Part shown: in pieces, positions 1 to 11,792 of the stretch
How positions within the stretch are numbered: position 1 is the first letter of the stretch
How the letters are laid out: every line of letters starts with the position of its first letter
NCBI GenBank assembly: GCA_000934665.2
Contig: KZ538858.1
Location: 1-43,959 of the forward strand
Source of the DNA: Catajapyx aquilonaris
Taxonomy: Eukaryota
DNA: 43,959 bases
Direction: 5' to 3'
Notes under the pieces: generated by a model
Told to the model about the DNA's origin: nothing
Databases searched by the model: none
What the model saw: the letters and a program-made list of their open reading frames with translations, nothing else
Translations under genes and position numbers: made by a program

Positions 1-1117
1 CCCCCCCTCGTGAGATGAAGATGTTAACCCCCCTTCTCCGTCCTGTGTTTGTTCGGATTTAGATTTATTCCGAGAAGTTTTTTCTTTAGGGTAACTATTG
101 ACTTCTCCAGTAGGGTTAAGTTTCAAGGTTTTACCATGAGTAGCAATGATTTGTTGAGGATGTGGTGCTGTGGCTAAGGTTAGCAAATCAGCCATGCTAC
201 TCATGACTAAAGAGGGTTCATATGGTTTGAATTCCTCAAATCCCAATTATATTTTTGGGAGCCACCATAAGGCTGGCTGGTAAGCCTTGATGCTAATGTT
301 ATTTCAGTTCCAGTAAAAAAGTCAGTTGAATTGTGGATGTGTTTATGTATATGTGTAAAGCATACTGCATGCCATAAGTTGGGCATGGTTATATTTTCAA
401 TGACACACAAGCTTCGTTTCCTATTCAGTGAGCAAGTTAGGGAAACCTCAAACGTGAAGATGTAACAAGAGCCTGTGTGAGTCACAAGTTGATCCTCATG
501 TTTGCACATCAGAAGATAATTATTGAAGGCGTACACAGCAAAAAAAATTATCGCACCTTTTTATATTTGTTAAGATAATAGAGAAAAACTTGCAACATGG
601 AATGGTTATACCTTGGTTTTTTGTCACCTACCATTTTTAGATCTGAGCACCTTTTGCCTGTGGGCACCGTAGGCTACAAGTAATGTTTTCACTTTCAGTA
701 TATTCAGAGACAGTTATATGGAAAAAGTAAGGGAGTTTGGGATGCATTTTTCTGAGCCAACTCCAGCCTCAAAAGGCCTTTTCTAAACATGTTCCTTACA
801 AATATGCTCACAGCCCATTCATTTACTGGACATCCACCTACTACGTATGTATGTTGATACATAGTAAGTATGTGGATGACTTAATGCTTTTGCCCATCCT
901 TGCTGGCCTGATTTTGATACCAGTTTGGTGCAGCTGCATATGTGGAAAGGTGACTGGGAGGGCCATACATATTTTTGAAGAAAGTCCTTTGCAACATTTC
1001 TTATGGCCATAAATGAATAAAAATGGTACATTTCATGATATGATGAAGATTTAAGAAAACTTAATCAGCACAAAGTTGATATCTTTGACTTTCACTTTTG
1101 GTTTCTGTGGCCCAGTA

Positions 1118-1269
1118 CAGTGTTGGACATAATCGCGTCATACTGCTAGCGACATTTTCCGAAGCAGAAGAAAAACGAATCGAAGGTATGGATAGTGCAA
1201 GCCGTGTGAGCAAGATTCGTTCTTCTGCCGCTTCGGAAAATGTCGCTAGCAGTATTATGTCCAACACTG
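1118..1269. mobile_element. Hairpin MITE family A, copy 1 (Tc1/mariner-type, TA TSD)
   Basis: TA|CAGTGTTGGACAT...ATGTCCAACACTG|TA with long arms (CTGCTAGCGACATTTTCCGAAGC / GCTTCGGAAAATGTCGCTAGCAG). Two further copies in the window. Confidence 0.9.
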
Positions 1270-4159
1270 TACAGGCAAGCCCTAAAAAGCATTGAAAATG
1301 ACACATTCCAAGGTCAGCCTGAAGGTTAATTATGCAGGTCATGTAACCTGGACTGTGACTGACTATGGACTGAGATCAATGACTAGTCAAGTTTTTGCGT
1401 ATGCACAATGTTCATAGGGCAGGAGTAGGTGTATGGAGGTTCGGCAGTTGACTAAAGTAATGTACCCTGATGGGATTCGAATACCACACGTGAATTGATC
1501 CCATTCTGTGTCTAGGTACCAAGTAGGATTCAGATCCAGATTCTAATCTCATAACCTATGAGCATGTTGTGGCTTTAGGCCTAGTTTCATGAACATTTCT
1601 ATCCATCAGTTAAGCCATATAGCTCAACACACAGTCCGTAGATGTGTTTGGCAAACGTTCTTATATGGTGAAAAAAGAACTTGGAAGTGAACCATAATCA
1701 CCATTCCATGAGGCTTCTTTCTCGGATAACTTTTATTTTATTTGATAATATTCTTTTGCTGTTCAGCCTGTCAGTTTTAACCTGTATTCTTAACCAGCCG
1801 CACATTGATGTAATTCCATTCGTCTGATCTCCAGTTGAAAAGAAATTTAAAGGCTGTGGTGTAATAATTGGCAATCAGTAGTTTTAATATGTAGTTTTAT
1901 GCCAGTGAAACATTTGAAATAAAGTGGGAATACCCGTTGTTAATAAGATGATCAACTAGAGTGATAGTGTCAGTACTTGGGTACTGATGTTCCTGGCCTG
2001 GACAAGTGTCATTCTTATCTTGGGCTCCTTGTCTGCCGTGGCGTTAATAGCGCTGGCTATGGCGACATGTGTCCTTACAACAAAATTAACCCTAGTTTTA
2101 AAAGATCTTATATGATGTTCATTTGATGTTCCCTAATATCTTTGTACTCTTTTAGTGTAATGTTTGCCCACCAACACGTCCTTCTTTGTAGCTCGTTGTC
2201 GGAATCGTTTTTTGGTCACTTTTTTGCTGAGGTGCAATGGGTAGATGTGCTGAGGGATGAATACTGCTGTGTACCAGATGGTTTGTTGTTATTGCTCATC
2301 CACCTTTGCAGTTTGCATTTTGGACTAGTTGCAATGAAGTGATAGAATTTCCCTTTGGTTATGTCCCATAATGTGGGAACCAAGTGACAACTCTTGCCTT
2401 TGGGAATTCACTAGCTTCATTGCATGAGGTAGCAATATTGATTTTTACAAACAAACCATCATGACATTTCCTTATGAAAGGGATAGTCAGCAGCAAACCC
2501 TTATACAGCCCTCAACAACCTGTATATGGTGCACACACAGGCACTGTGACATAAAGAACAGTCACCTGTATTCAACATTGGACTGGTACAAGGTGCCATT
2601 TAGGGTGATGTGCAACAATACAATAGTTGAGTTAGTACTGTGACAACTCGTACAGTATGTTCCTAAAAGATCCGGTACATGCACTGGACAGCATAAGCAA
2701 ACTTGACAAGCTGCTGGAGGTCAGAAAAGCAGACAGTGTCAAGGTGTTGTATTTTGCCAAGACCTGCACTCTGTAGGATAACGGTGACTATCACATGAGG
2801 CTGCATGCAGGTAGATGCATGGTTCCTGGCCTTATTAGCCAAGGGAGACAAATATTGGTTGGGGTTTGAAAGATTTGCATATCAAAACTTCCTCCTTCCT
2901 CTCCAGCTCCCACAGTCTTAAAAAACCTTTTCTCAGATATATTTAGAGGCAAACCAATGTTTTTCCTCAATGCATTTGTGTTTCTTAAGCCTGATGAAGG
3001 ACAGATGCATTGCTGAAGAAAGGTCCATTTCAAAGGGTTTTATTGAGTTCCATTGGTGGCCAGTCTGTTGCATTGGTCCATGTACTTTTAGGAACATCCT
3101 GTAAGATGTTGCGTTTGAGAAGCAGATTTATTTTTATTTTTAAATGAAACAGACTGTGAGGTGAAGGGTGCTTGCATAGAGCTTTATGAATCATGAAGTT
3201 CAGTAGGGCAGTGGCATTGTGTACAAAGCAGGTCATTAGAATGGAGACGGGGACCGAACGTTACGTAGCTTGTATTTTGCGAAATTGTGAGAAAATATGG
3301 TAGCAAATGTCAAGCACGGACAGACAACATGCACTGACATGCTATTTTCCCGTAGGTCATAGAACGAAAACTAAGCTATATGAGAGATTGATATTCTTTA
3401 AAGAAAAAAAAAAAAACGTGAGATGAAATCTTATTTTGTTTATACCTCGTGGTACAAAGAATCCGGACCCCCCCAGGATTCGTCACCTCTCATACCATTT
3501 GTGACGATATGAAGCAGCCCAGCCCAACTTCAACTGCACGTACAAATCTAGGAAACCTTTCAGCTACCGGATCTTAACAAAATACAGGTTCTATTGTGGC
3601 CTTACAATTGATGAGGAATCCAATCTGGAATGATAAAGAGCTGGAAACAGGCTAAGCATAGTGACTTATAGAATTGCACGAGTGGGCCAGGAAGTGGGGC
3701 AAAGTCTGTTTCGTTCTGTTTTATTATTTGTAACATAATGAACGTGATTTATAAGATGTGAAGATCAAATAAATGGTATGAAGGACGAGTTACTTGCCTT
3801 GTCAGTGATTGTTGCAGAGTTGTGAACCTCATTTTTTCAGTTGCCTTACAAGAAGGATGGGACAATGGCTTATCTATGGATAATAGAGCCTATGGCAAGC
3901 TCAATCGGCAGAACCAGGAGGTGGTTAGTCATGAGGTGCCACCTAACACCAATAGGGTGTCACAGAAGCTGTGCTGGAATTCTTTTTTCCTGGCCTCAGG
4001 CTCCACCCTGGGTGTGGCACAACAAAGGATTCAATTGTCACAATCGAGTCAAGCACTTCTTTCAGTACGTCTGGTAGACTTGAGATCAGGAAATTGAGCC
4101 TTTCTGTACATGTGGCCTACTCTCGACCCTTTGGCTGGGAAATGAGAAAATTTTCTGTA

Positions 4160-4381
4160 CTCGCCAACGTGAACTTCGACTTAGGGAGACTGAAAATGCA
4201 TTGAAATCCCATCGTAAGGCCCTGCCAGCACTTCGAGTTATGGAGAACTTCGAGTTATAGAAATTCGAGTTAGGGAAGTTTATTTCCTATTATTTTACAT
4301 TGTGACCAACCAAGCTCATCATTTTCTTCGACTTATAGAGACCTTTGACTTAGGGAAGTTCGCCTTATGGAAGTTTTACTG
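4160..4381. mobile_element. Truncated pogo/Tigger-like MITE with subterminal TTCGA(C/G)TTA repeats
   Basis: About seven copies of TTCGASTTA(G/T)(G/A)GA; right end GGAAGTTTTACTG|TA; left end not found. Confidence 0.6.
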
Positions 4382-4505
4382 TATAGGTAAGCAGTTCAAA
4401 TATACTATAATTATATTTTCTTAATTATGTGTACTATTAGGTATAAAGAGCTTATTCTTTCAATGACAAGTTTGTAACCCAAGCATGCCACGTTTTACAT
4501 GGAAT

Positions 4506-4844
4506 GTTTTTTTTCTTTGTTTTTTTGCATTACCCCATATCTATTTATATGTATGGGGGGTGGATTACCACCGTCGGGATTTTTTTTGGAGCAAGTTAAG
4601 AATAATCTTATTAGTATACTCCAAGTAGTTAGGAGGGGATGTGCAAAGTGCGTGTGCGCAGGCGAGTAGTGGTCATTTTGTGAACTCCCCTGGGTGGCTT
4701 AGTCTATCGGAAATTGCCACCCGAAACGAAGCCCGAGATGGCCCAACTCTGCACAAAATAAGGTGGGAACCCCGGGTGGGGATTGAACCCGGGACCTTAA
4801 CTTCCGTGGGCGCGCGCATTACCGCGGCGCCACTCCGTCTCCCT
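4506..4844 (-). mobile_element. tRNA-derived SINE with 14-bp TSD
   Basis: Minus-strand head with Pol III A box (TGGCGCCGCGG) and B box (GGTTCAATCCC); A-rich tail at 4506-4526; direct repeats GTTTTACATGGAAT at 4492-4505 and 4845-4858. Confidence 0.9.
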
Positions 4845-5268
4845 GTTTTACATGGAATAAACAGGTAATTCCTCACATCTGTGGACATCATGACTGTGGA
4901 CACTACCTGTCCACAGACGGGATCAGATGTTCAAGGATTTGGTTAACTTATTTAAATGTTTTGTCATCTGTGCCATGGGACATAGCTGTAGCCTATTGTA
5001 CACTACTTACTGTCAGATGTAAGCACATGGATAGGTCTAGAGTTGTACTCTGAATAAATGACACATTTTTAAATATTTCGTTGCATTTGAAGCATTACTT
5101 ACATTTATACGAGAGTTATCCGACAATTTTTGGCAACACTGTTACTGCTTGGCACCCCTGGCTGCTAGTACTGAATGTGGATAGGTACTTTTAGAGTCAG
5201 CCCTGGGGAATCCTACGGTACCATTCGAGAAGCAGTGTCAGCAGTATGTGCGGACCAGTGCCTGTTAA

Positions 5269-5306
5269 CCCCTTCGCTACCAGCTAGGCCGAAAACGCCT
5301 AGAATT
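5269..5306. mobile_element. Solo terminal repeat of a piggyBac-type MITE
   Basis: TTAA|CCCCTTCGCTACCAGCTAGGCCGAAAACGCCTAGAATTT closely matches the TIRs of the element at 22075-22797. Confidence 0.75.
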
Positions 5307-5307
5307 T

Positions 5308-7461
5308 CCCTTATGGCTACTTTTAAGAGATGGACAAGATATTTTACAAATATTTACCTGAGTACAAGAGGAAGGGTAGTAAATACCTGGATGAAAAAAT
5401 ATGGTGGGAGTATTTACACCAAATCTATGCTGAGCCAGAAGATATTCCTCTCTCACCTTATAACCTCCAGCTCCTCGACCCTATTTTGGATGTTCCAATA
5501 ACGGCGGAGGAATTTGATTCGGTTTGCAGAAGTTTGAAATTGAATTCAGCCCCAGGTCCAGATGACATTCCGAACGCTTACTATAAACCAAACATAACTA
5601 AGCTAAACTGGGACTCATCCATTGCGTCAAATTACCGGCCCATTTCATTGCTCAATAATATTCTGAAATTTTTTACTTCAATATTGGCCCTTCACCTCCA
5701 TAGATGGTGTGATGCACGTGATTATCCCGAAATCTCAAGTGGCTTTCCACTCCGGTATGGGATGTTTAGACCACATATTTACGCTGCACATTTTAACTCA
5801 GAAATACATTGCCAGACTGAAGGGCAGTTTACAGCCTTCATAGACCTGTCTAAAACCTTCAATTCAGTCAAACACAATCTGCTATGGAAGACTTCGGCCG
5901 ACTATGGAATAAGTCGCAACTTTGTGAGGCTGCTTTAGGACATTTACACAAAGGCAAAGATCTCCCCTAGTACCTCGGATTTGCAGCCGGTAAAGGTCAC
6001 GAAGGGAGTGTTACAAGGAGAATCATTATCCCCTACACGTTCTAAAATTTTTTTGGCAGACATGGATTCAAAAATTACTGAAGGTGAATCACTAGGAGTG
6101 AATTTTGGAAGGAACCAGGAAGACATACCCTTACTTATTTATGCCGATGATGTGGTTTTGCTTGCAGATAATCCCAAACACCTACAATGTCTACTAGCAA
6201 GCTAGAGCTATATTTCGCTAGCAAGGGGCTGCAAATCAATCAGAGTAAATCGAAAGTTGAATTTTTTCAGAAGGGGGGCAAATTATTGTCAAACACAAAA
6301 AAAAATCTAGGTGGCGAACCACTGGAAATTGTAAATCAATTTCAATACTTGGGTATCCTCTTTGCGATGTCAACCAAATTTACCAAAGCAATGGAAAGGA
6401 GTAAAGCAAAAGCAATGGCGGCGATTAATTCCATATGGGGCCTTTAGATTCGCCTCCAGGTCCGGGATTACGGGATAGCAATGAAGTTATTCTATTCGAA
6501 GATAGTTCCAATTTTGCAATATGGTCTTCCGATCTGGGGTTTACGACATATCTACGAACTGGAAACGATTCAAAATGCCTTCTTAAAAAAGTATATTTTG
6601 TTGCCAAGATCTACGGCAGGTTTCTTCTTAAGAATTGAATTAAATTTGCCTCCTCTGACATATTGCCTAATTCGCCAGACGATCAACTTTCGTAACAAAC
6701 TATTGGACAAATTACCTGAATCCTTGACAGGTCTAGCAGTGGCATATGCAAGTCTGGAAATTGAGTCTGAGTCAAGGGTAGCTTACAGTTGGGTTTTTCA
6801 ATTTAATAAATTATTGGTAGATCTGAATGTACCATACCTCCCGGCAGAAAAAGTTGATATTTCGATTGTTCTCCCACAAATCCTGGCGACTTTGAAGCAG
6901 CAAGATATGACGGATTTGGAAAATTCCAGAAGCTACTGGAGTTACGCTGAAATATGCCCGATATAAGGTACAGACTCTTACTTTAAAGGTCATGTACCCC
7001 TAACGATCACCCGCTTAGTGATTAATATACGAAATCTTTCCTCAAATTTCAATCTGCATGGCAACGTGTTCTTAATCAAGTCGAAATATGTGATTTCTGC
7101 AACACGGAACAATTTCAAAACCTCCACCATATCCTTTTGTTTGCCCTATATTCAGAAGTCCAAGAAAAAGGTACCTATAAAAGCTGCTTCGGACACCTCC
7201 AGATCGTCTCCTTTGGTCTTTCTCCTCGATATCCAAGGAACAGGCCTACCATATCTTTTTTCCTTAAGAATGTGCTTAAAATTCTAGATATGTATCAGTA
7301 TTGATTAAGAAGTGTAATTTCCTTCGTTTCTTCACCCTTACTATGAAGATTGTCCATGTAAATTTACTGGTTATGTTTCTGATTTAAATGTAAATAGGGG
7401 CAGAGATTCCCCTGAAGGTCCTGCAAGGGACAGCAAAGGGTACTCAAAATAAATAAATAAA
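5308..7461 (+). mobile_element. 5'-truncated, frameshifted non-LTR retrotransposon (LINE; RT plus C-terminal CCHC finger, RTE-X/L2-like)
   Basis: Broken ORFs carry RT motifs SAPGPDDIP, NYRPISLL, AFIDLSKTFNSV, GVLQGESLSP, LIYADDVVL, LQINQSKSKV and FQYLG. A C-terminal CDFC...HHIL..CP motif lies at about 7089-7147, and the element ends in an (AAAT)n tail at about 7448-7461. Clade assignment is tentative. Confidence 0.93.
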
Positions 7462-8650
7462 CTGCAACATCATCTCCACCCACAAATTCGCCTTAAGAGG
7501 TAGGATTTGTTGCAGAGGGGACCCATTGCCTTCCACCACAACACTTGCTGTCCTGTGGCAATTGCTGTTCAGAAACAGGAATGGGAGCTGTTGGAACATC
7601 TTCCCTATTCATCTGACACAAGTACATGTGACTATGATCAACTCCAAAAATGAAGAAGCCCCTACGTGACTTTCATTTCTATACGAAGGAAGCATGTCTT
7701 ACTGTGGTCTCTGCATGGCACCTCCACAAAAGACGTTCCTGATGGTGTTAGAAGCCTTCCAGAGATATGGAAAAATGTCATAAAACTGGCTGGGGATTAC
7801 ATCTATGGAATGTTCCAGTGTGTACCCATACTGATATGCAAATTACAGCAGTGTTGCCAATAATTGTCGGATGACCCTCGTATTATGGACTGTGCTAGCC
7901 ACTTGGTTTCGTTCTATACCCTGTGCCACACTGTGTCTAAGTGCTGCAAGGTCAAGTAGACTCCGTACTCTGAATACACTGTGTATACAGCTTTGGATAT
8001 AGCCCTTTTAGAATCAACACAAAAATTTGAAAGTATAGTCTATGATCTCAGCTGTTTTATTAGTGGTAAGACCCTTTTTAAAAAATATGTCTAAATTTTT
8101 CTGAAGGCATTATTTTTAAATTTTGAAACTGAAAATCTTTTCAATTTCACTATTGACCCACATTCTCACAGCCCTGTACTCCCCCCTTTTTCACCATAAC
8201 ATTATTGTAGTACTGCACCAGAAAGCATGAATTCCAAAAAAAATCTGAGAAGTGTCAAATTGATAAAAATCTACCTGAGTTATTGTGGCATGCAGGCCAG
8301 GCCACCCCTGGGCTATACCAACATATTGCTCTAAGTCAGGTAATATGGTAATTTTTGTCAGATTTGAACCTGGCTACTGTATTGGCACTCAAATACCAAT
8401 TTATTTCTCGATCCTGTAAGAAATAGAATTTAACCAGTCATTGTGCACTGGCTTGTGCTCAGGTGGAGGTCATATGGCTGTCCAAAGGGCATAAAATTAT
8501 TCCATCTTCACACCCTCCTACATAATGAGTTATGATCTATTTACATTGGTCATTTTGTTGCATTACTTTATGGGTTACATGCCCCAAATTAAATTGAGTC
8601 ATAAGATTCCCCATTCTTTCCTCTTCAAATTTGACACATGTGAAGATGTA

Positions 8651-8812
8651 CAGTGTTGGACATTAATCGAGGCATGCTGCTAGTGACATTTTCCGAAGAG
8701 GCAGAAGAAGGAATCGAAGATAAGGATAGTGCAAGCCGGGCGAGCAAGATTCCTTCTTCTGCTGCTTCGGAAAATGTCGCTAGCAGCATGCCTCTATTAA
8801 TGTCCAACACTG
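8651..8812. mobile_element. Hairpin MITE family A, copy 2
   Basis: TA|CAGTGTTGGACATTAATCGAGGCATGCTGCTAG...ATTAATGTCCAACACTG|TA. Confidence 0.9.
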
Positions 8813-9049
8813 TACCAGTGACAATAACATCATGCTAAAAAACGAGCAGTGAAATGATGTAACCATCTAGAACCATTTAGAACATGCTAGATTTGCATCA
8901 GTCTTGTCAAAGATCTGAAACATCAGGTTTGGCATCACCTTGTGAGCAGGTCTTGTGTAGTTTTTTCAATTTAGTAGGAGGTAAAGCCACAACCTCCGAC
9001 TCATCCCAGTTTGAAGGAAAACATGTTATAATGGCTCGTAATACATGTG

Positions 9050-9055
9050 TTTATT
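9050..9055 (-). terminator. Candidate polyadenylation signal (AATAAA) of FBXO42
   Basis: First minus-strand AATAAA, about 155 nt after the stop codon; not verified. Confidence 0.35.
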
Positions 9056-9209
9056 TTTATGATCGATAAAGAATTTTTAACATGCAAGGCACCAATTTCT
9101 GTTGAGCAACTTGGCTCATGGGATGCTCCAGCTGGTAACCTGCCGGCCAATGGGTATGCAATCACAAAAGTTTGGAGCCCATTCGCACAGAGTTTCAAGA
9201 AAATTCCCC

Positions 9210-9899
9210 TCAAATAATGGCCTTGGAAGCCTGGATGAAGTACAGTGCATTTGACACCACATCTGGCATCGCGTCAGGAGGCCCCTCACCAGTTTCTCCA
9301 GGGTCACGCATAACCCCTCCAAAGACCACGAGCTCTGCTCTACCTCGAACCATTGAGTACAGTATAGTTTCTTCTGGTCCCACAGGCCACGGACCATTGC
9401 TTGGAACTCGCGTCCGTGGCAACCATGTCACTTCTCCTTGGGATATAGCTGAGCTGATATCCAACACACACAGGATGATTGACCCTGGCATGCCATACAT
9501 GGAGGTTGGTGGCAGGGGTGGTGGTGTCGGGGGTGGTGTTGGTGGTGTCGGGAGTTGGGGTGCTGGGATGGGACACATGGCTCGGATGCGATCCTCCATG
9601 CGTTGCAAAGAGTCCAATTGGCGCTTCCTGTTGTTCATGGCATTGGGCCGGATCGATGGCAGTAACGTGTTATGGATGCCCGAAAATTGGGGCATGGGTT
9701 GTCGGCTAGGACCGGCAGAAGGAGGAGAGCTGCACCTACGGGAAGTTACATACAGATGGGCATCATCGCAGGGTGGTGTGCTATTCCGTGGTGGCAAGAA
9801 GGCATTACGTCGATGCAAGTGGGCAGGCATCTCGGCCCATGAGGCAACCACAGGGGGGTTGGTGTGGCTGCGACCCAAAACGACCACTTTGTCTCCGAC
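9210..9899 (-). CDS. FBXO42: FBXO42 last coding exon
   Basis: Acceptor caacag, then [10 protein letters not shown], a Pro-rich linker and the conserved C-terminal block ending [17 protein letters not shown]. Confidence 0.92.
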   Translation of the reverse strand, partial: VGDKVVVLGRSHTNPPVVASWAEMPAHLHRRNAFLPPRNSTPPCDDAHLYVTSRRCSSPPSAGPSRQPMPQFSGIHNTLLPSIRPNAMNNRKRQLDSLQRMEDRIRAMCPIPAPQLPTPPTPPPTPPPLPPTSMYGMPGSIILCVLDISSAISQGEVTWLPRTRVPSNGPWPVGPEETILYSMVRGRAELVVFGGVMRDPGETGEGPPDAMPDVVSNALYFIQASKAII

Positions 9900-11494
9900 C
9901 TGTTGGTTGCATAATTATGTTAAGTTGTGGGGAATGCAAGACATTGTTATAAGCACAAATAAGGGCATGACAATAACAAATGCAGCATCCATGCATGCAG
10001 TCCATCTGCATGATATGTGCAGGTACTACCCGTAACAAACATGGTATAACAAGTGTCAAAATGTCAACATACCTTACATGCTGGATGGCACCACAATTTA
10101 GTGGCAGCAAGGAAAGGGCTCAATACCTTCATTTGCTGCCACCGCCATGCAGGTGCCAGCTCTAGCACCCAAATGTCATTGAATACTTTGTTAGGCCTTC
10201 CACATCCTCCTGTAATGCAAAGAGTGTATTAAACATTCAGTTGCATAATTATATTTCAAATGCAGGGTGTCAAGGCTGGACATAAGGTTGTAAATAAATT
10301 GCATTGCCATGAGTGTGACAGATATATTCAACAAGTTACTTCATCACTTACCCATTATGAGCAAATGGTTCTCATCCAGATTTATCTGGGACTGTCCATA
10401 TCGGGCATGTGGCTTTGGGTTTGTGGTTTCCTGTCGGTGCCACACCTTGTCAATGCAGTTGTAGCACCACACATCGTTGGAACTGTATTGAAACCAATTT
10501 TAGAACATGCTTGGTCATAATATGTAATAGGTTCCAAGTACCTTTCGAAGTGACCATGAGCCCCCTGTTTCTGCAACCCTCCAAAAAGGATCATCCAATC
10601 CCCATGGACTGTGGCCGAATGTCCAGCAGTTGGTGGAGGTGAGGTGTTGGTGTTGATCACATCCCAGCGATTGCTCTGGATATCATAGACATGGAGCTCA
10701 CTGAACAATCTCCATGGCTGTAAATCCAATATGATGAGCAAAGTTGCAAGGCATTAATTTAGCTGCAAGTTACTCACCTGGTGCAATGGATATGGCGATG
10801 GGTGGGTCCAACCACCAAACAGCATTAGGGTGTTGCTGTAACACACCAGTGATGCACATGCTTTAGGAGATGGATAGGTGCCTATTGCAAGGGGGCGAAC
10901 CCACACCCGGGTATTGAGATCAAGCTGCCACAGATCATTGAATGTGGTGCTAGTGGATGTGCACCCACCAAACACATACATGATGCCCATCTCTGAAAAG
11001 ACACGGCTTATGACCTTCCTTGTATTACGCATTACCCTTGAAAACTAACAATTACAGCAGTAATTCGGCAAATAACAAGAACTCTTTTCAGATATAGGAC
11101 TGTTATCAATGCCAAAAAAAATCATTGCTTCCTAAAAACTGCATGATGTCAATTATTCTATAATTTTGACAATATCATTCACCATGATAGCAGGCGGCAT
11201 GGGAGTAGCGCTCAGCGATGCCAGGGCCTAACCGTGACAGAGACAGGTATGAGCACTTCAACTTTCCATCTGTCAGGGCTCGCTCAAATTCTTGCTGTAA
11301 ACGGCGAGCAACATCTGAAAGATACAAGCACAATAGAGATCTCTCATGGAAACATGGCGCAGCTACTTACTTTGTGCCACAGCTTGCCAGCGCCGGCACA
11401 CAATCCAGCAGTTATGCAGATCTTGGTAGGGTGAAACCAGGTAAATGATGTACTCTAAAATTTCATCAGGCAAATCATTCATGGTCTTCCCCAT
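9210..11494 (-). CDS. FBXO42: F-box only protein 42 (F-box plus kelch repeats), complete spliced CDS, 534 aa
   Basis: Exons 11494-11371, 11314-11183, 10992-10778, 10717-10542, 10482-10352, 10209-10073 and 9899-9210 are joined by GT-AG introns with consistent phases (1605 nt in total). The translation has an F-box ([32 protein letters not shown]) and FBXO42-type kelch motifs: [101 protein letters not shown]. Confidence 0.95.
10073..10209 (-). CDS. FBXO42: FBXO42 coding exon 6 (kelch)
   Basis: Acceptor attacag, donor AAG|gtatgt. Encodes [46 protein letters not shown]. Confidence 0.92.
10352..10482 (-). CDS. FBXO42: FBXO42 coding exon 5 (kelch)
   Basis: Acceptor aatacag, donor G|gtaagt. Encodes [43 protein letters not shown]. 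Confidence 0.92.
10542..10717 (-). CDS. FBXO42: FBXO42 coding exon 4 (kelch)
   Basis: Acceptor tttacag, donor AG|gtactt. Encodes [58 protein letters not shown]. Confidence 0.92.
10778..10992 (-). CDS. FBXO42: FBXO42 coding exon 3 (kelch)
   Basis: Acceptor cttttcag, donor CAG|gtgagt. Encodes [72 protein letters not shown]. Confidence 0.93.
11183..11314 (-). CDS. FBXO42: FBXO42 coding exon 2
   Basis: Acceptor ctttcag, donor G|gtgaat. Encodes [44 protein letters not shown]. Confidence 0.9.
11371..11494 (-). CDS. FBXO42: FBXO42 coding exon 1 (F-box)
   Basis: ATG at 11494 (ccaacaATG); acceptor tttcAG at 11529-11530, so the exon starts at 11528; donor A|gtaagt. Encodes [41 protein letters not shown]. 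Confidence 0.9.
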
Positions 11495-11792
11495 TGTTGG
11501 ACTTGATGTGATAACAATTTCAGCGCACCTGAAACGTTAACACCAATGTCAGTATGTAGCATGACATGAAAATGGAATACAGGCTACTCATGACCCCAAG
11601 GAAATTGCACGATTTTTTAAAAAGCCCCCTACTAGTGCATACATCGAAATATACTAAATAATTGTAGTTCGAAACTGGCAAATTTGGCTAAAATACTTGG
11701 ATGTGTAGCGTGTACACACGTTATCGCCTTAGGTGACCATAATCCAGCGTTAGTAACTTGGTACTGATCAATTTTGGGCCACGATACACTAC

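Larger units (their letters stand above)
5110..7880 (+). mobile_element. Decayed mariner transposon interrupted by a piggyBac end and a LINE
   Basis: TIRs TA|CGAGAGTTATCCGACAATTTTTGGCAACACTG and CAGTGTTGCCAATAATTGTCGGATGACCCTCG|TA. 7462-7810 holds a degenerate transposase C-terminus: LQHHLHPQIRLKR*DLLQRGPIAFHHN and WELLEHLPYSSDTSTCDY (compare the mariner motif HPPYSPDLAPCDY). Confidence 0.85.

Noticed and set aside
1061..1342. Family of similar short ORFs (also at 8625-8838 and 30159-30392) that looks like a small gene family or toxin-antitoxin pair
   Set aside because: They are translations of both strands of a palindromic MITE with TA TSDs.
3822..4097. Exon-like segment after ttttttcag (3840), plus ORFs at 2791-3236 and 737-1012
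   Set aside because: No recognisable protein in any frame and no consistent exon chain; left unassigned.
4170..4381. Regularly repeated TTCGASTTA motifs as a CRISPR-like array
   Set aside because: Repeats are too short and irregular, the context is eukaryotic, and they end in a pogo-like TIR.
4765..4844. Possible tRNA gene
   Set aside because: Acceptor and anticodon stems do not pair well, and it continues into a SINE body, A-tail and TSD.
9172..10035. 287-aa plus-strand ORF
   Set aside because: Antisense shadow of the GC-rich last exon of FBXO42; its Gly-rich stretch mirrors the Pro-rich linker.
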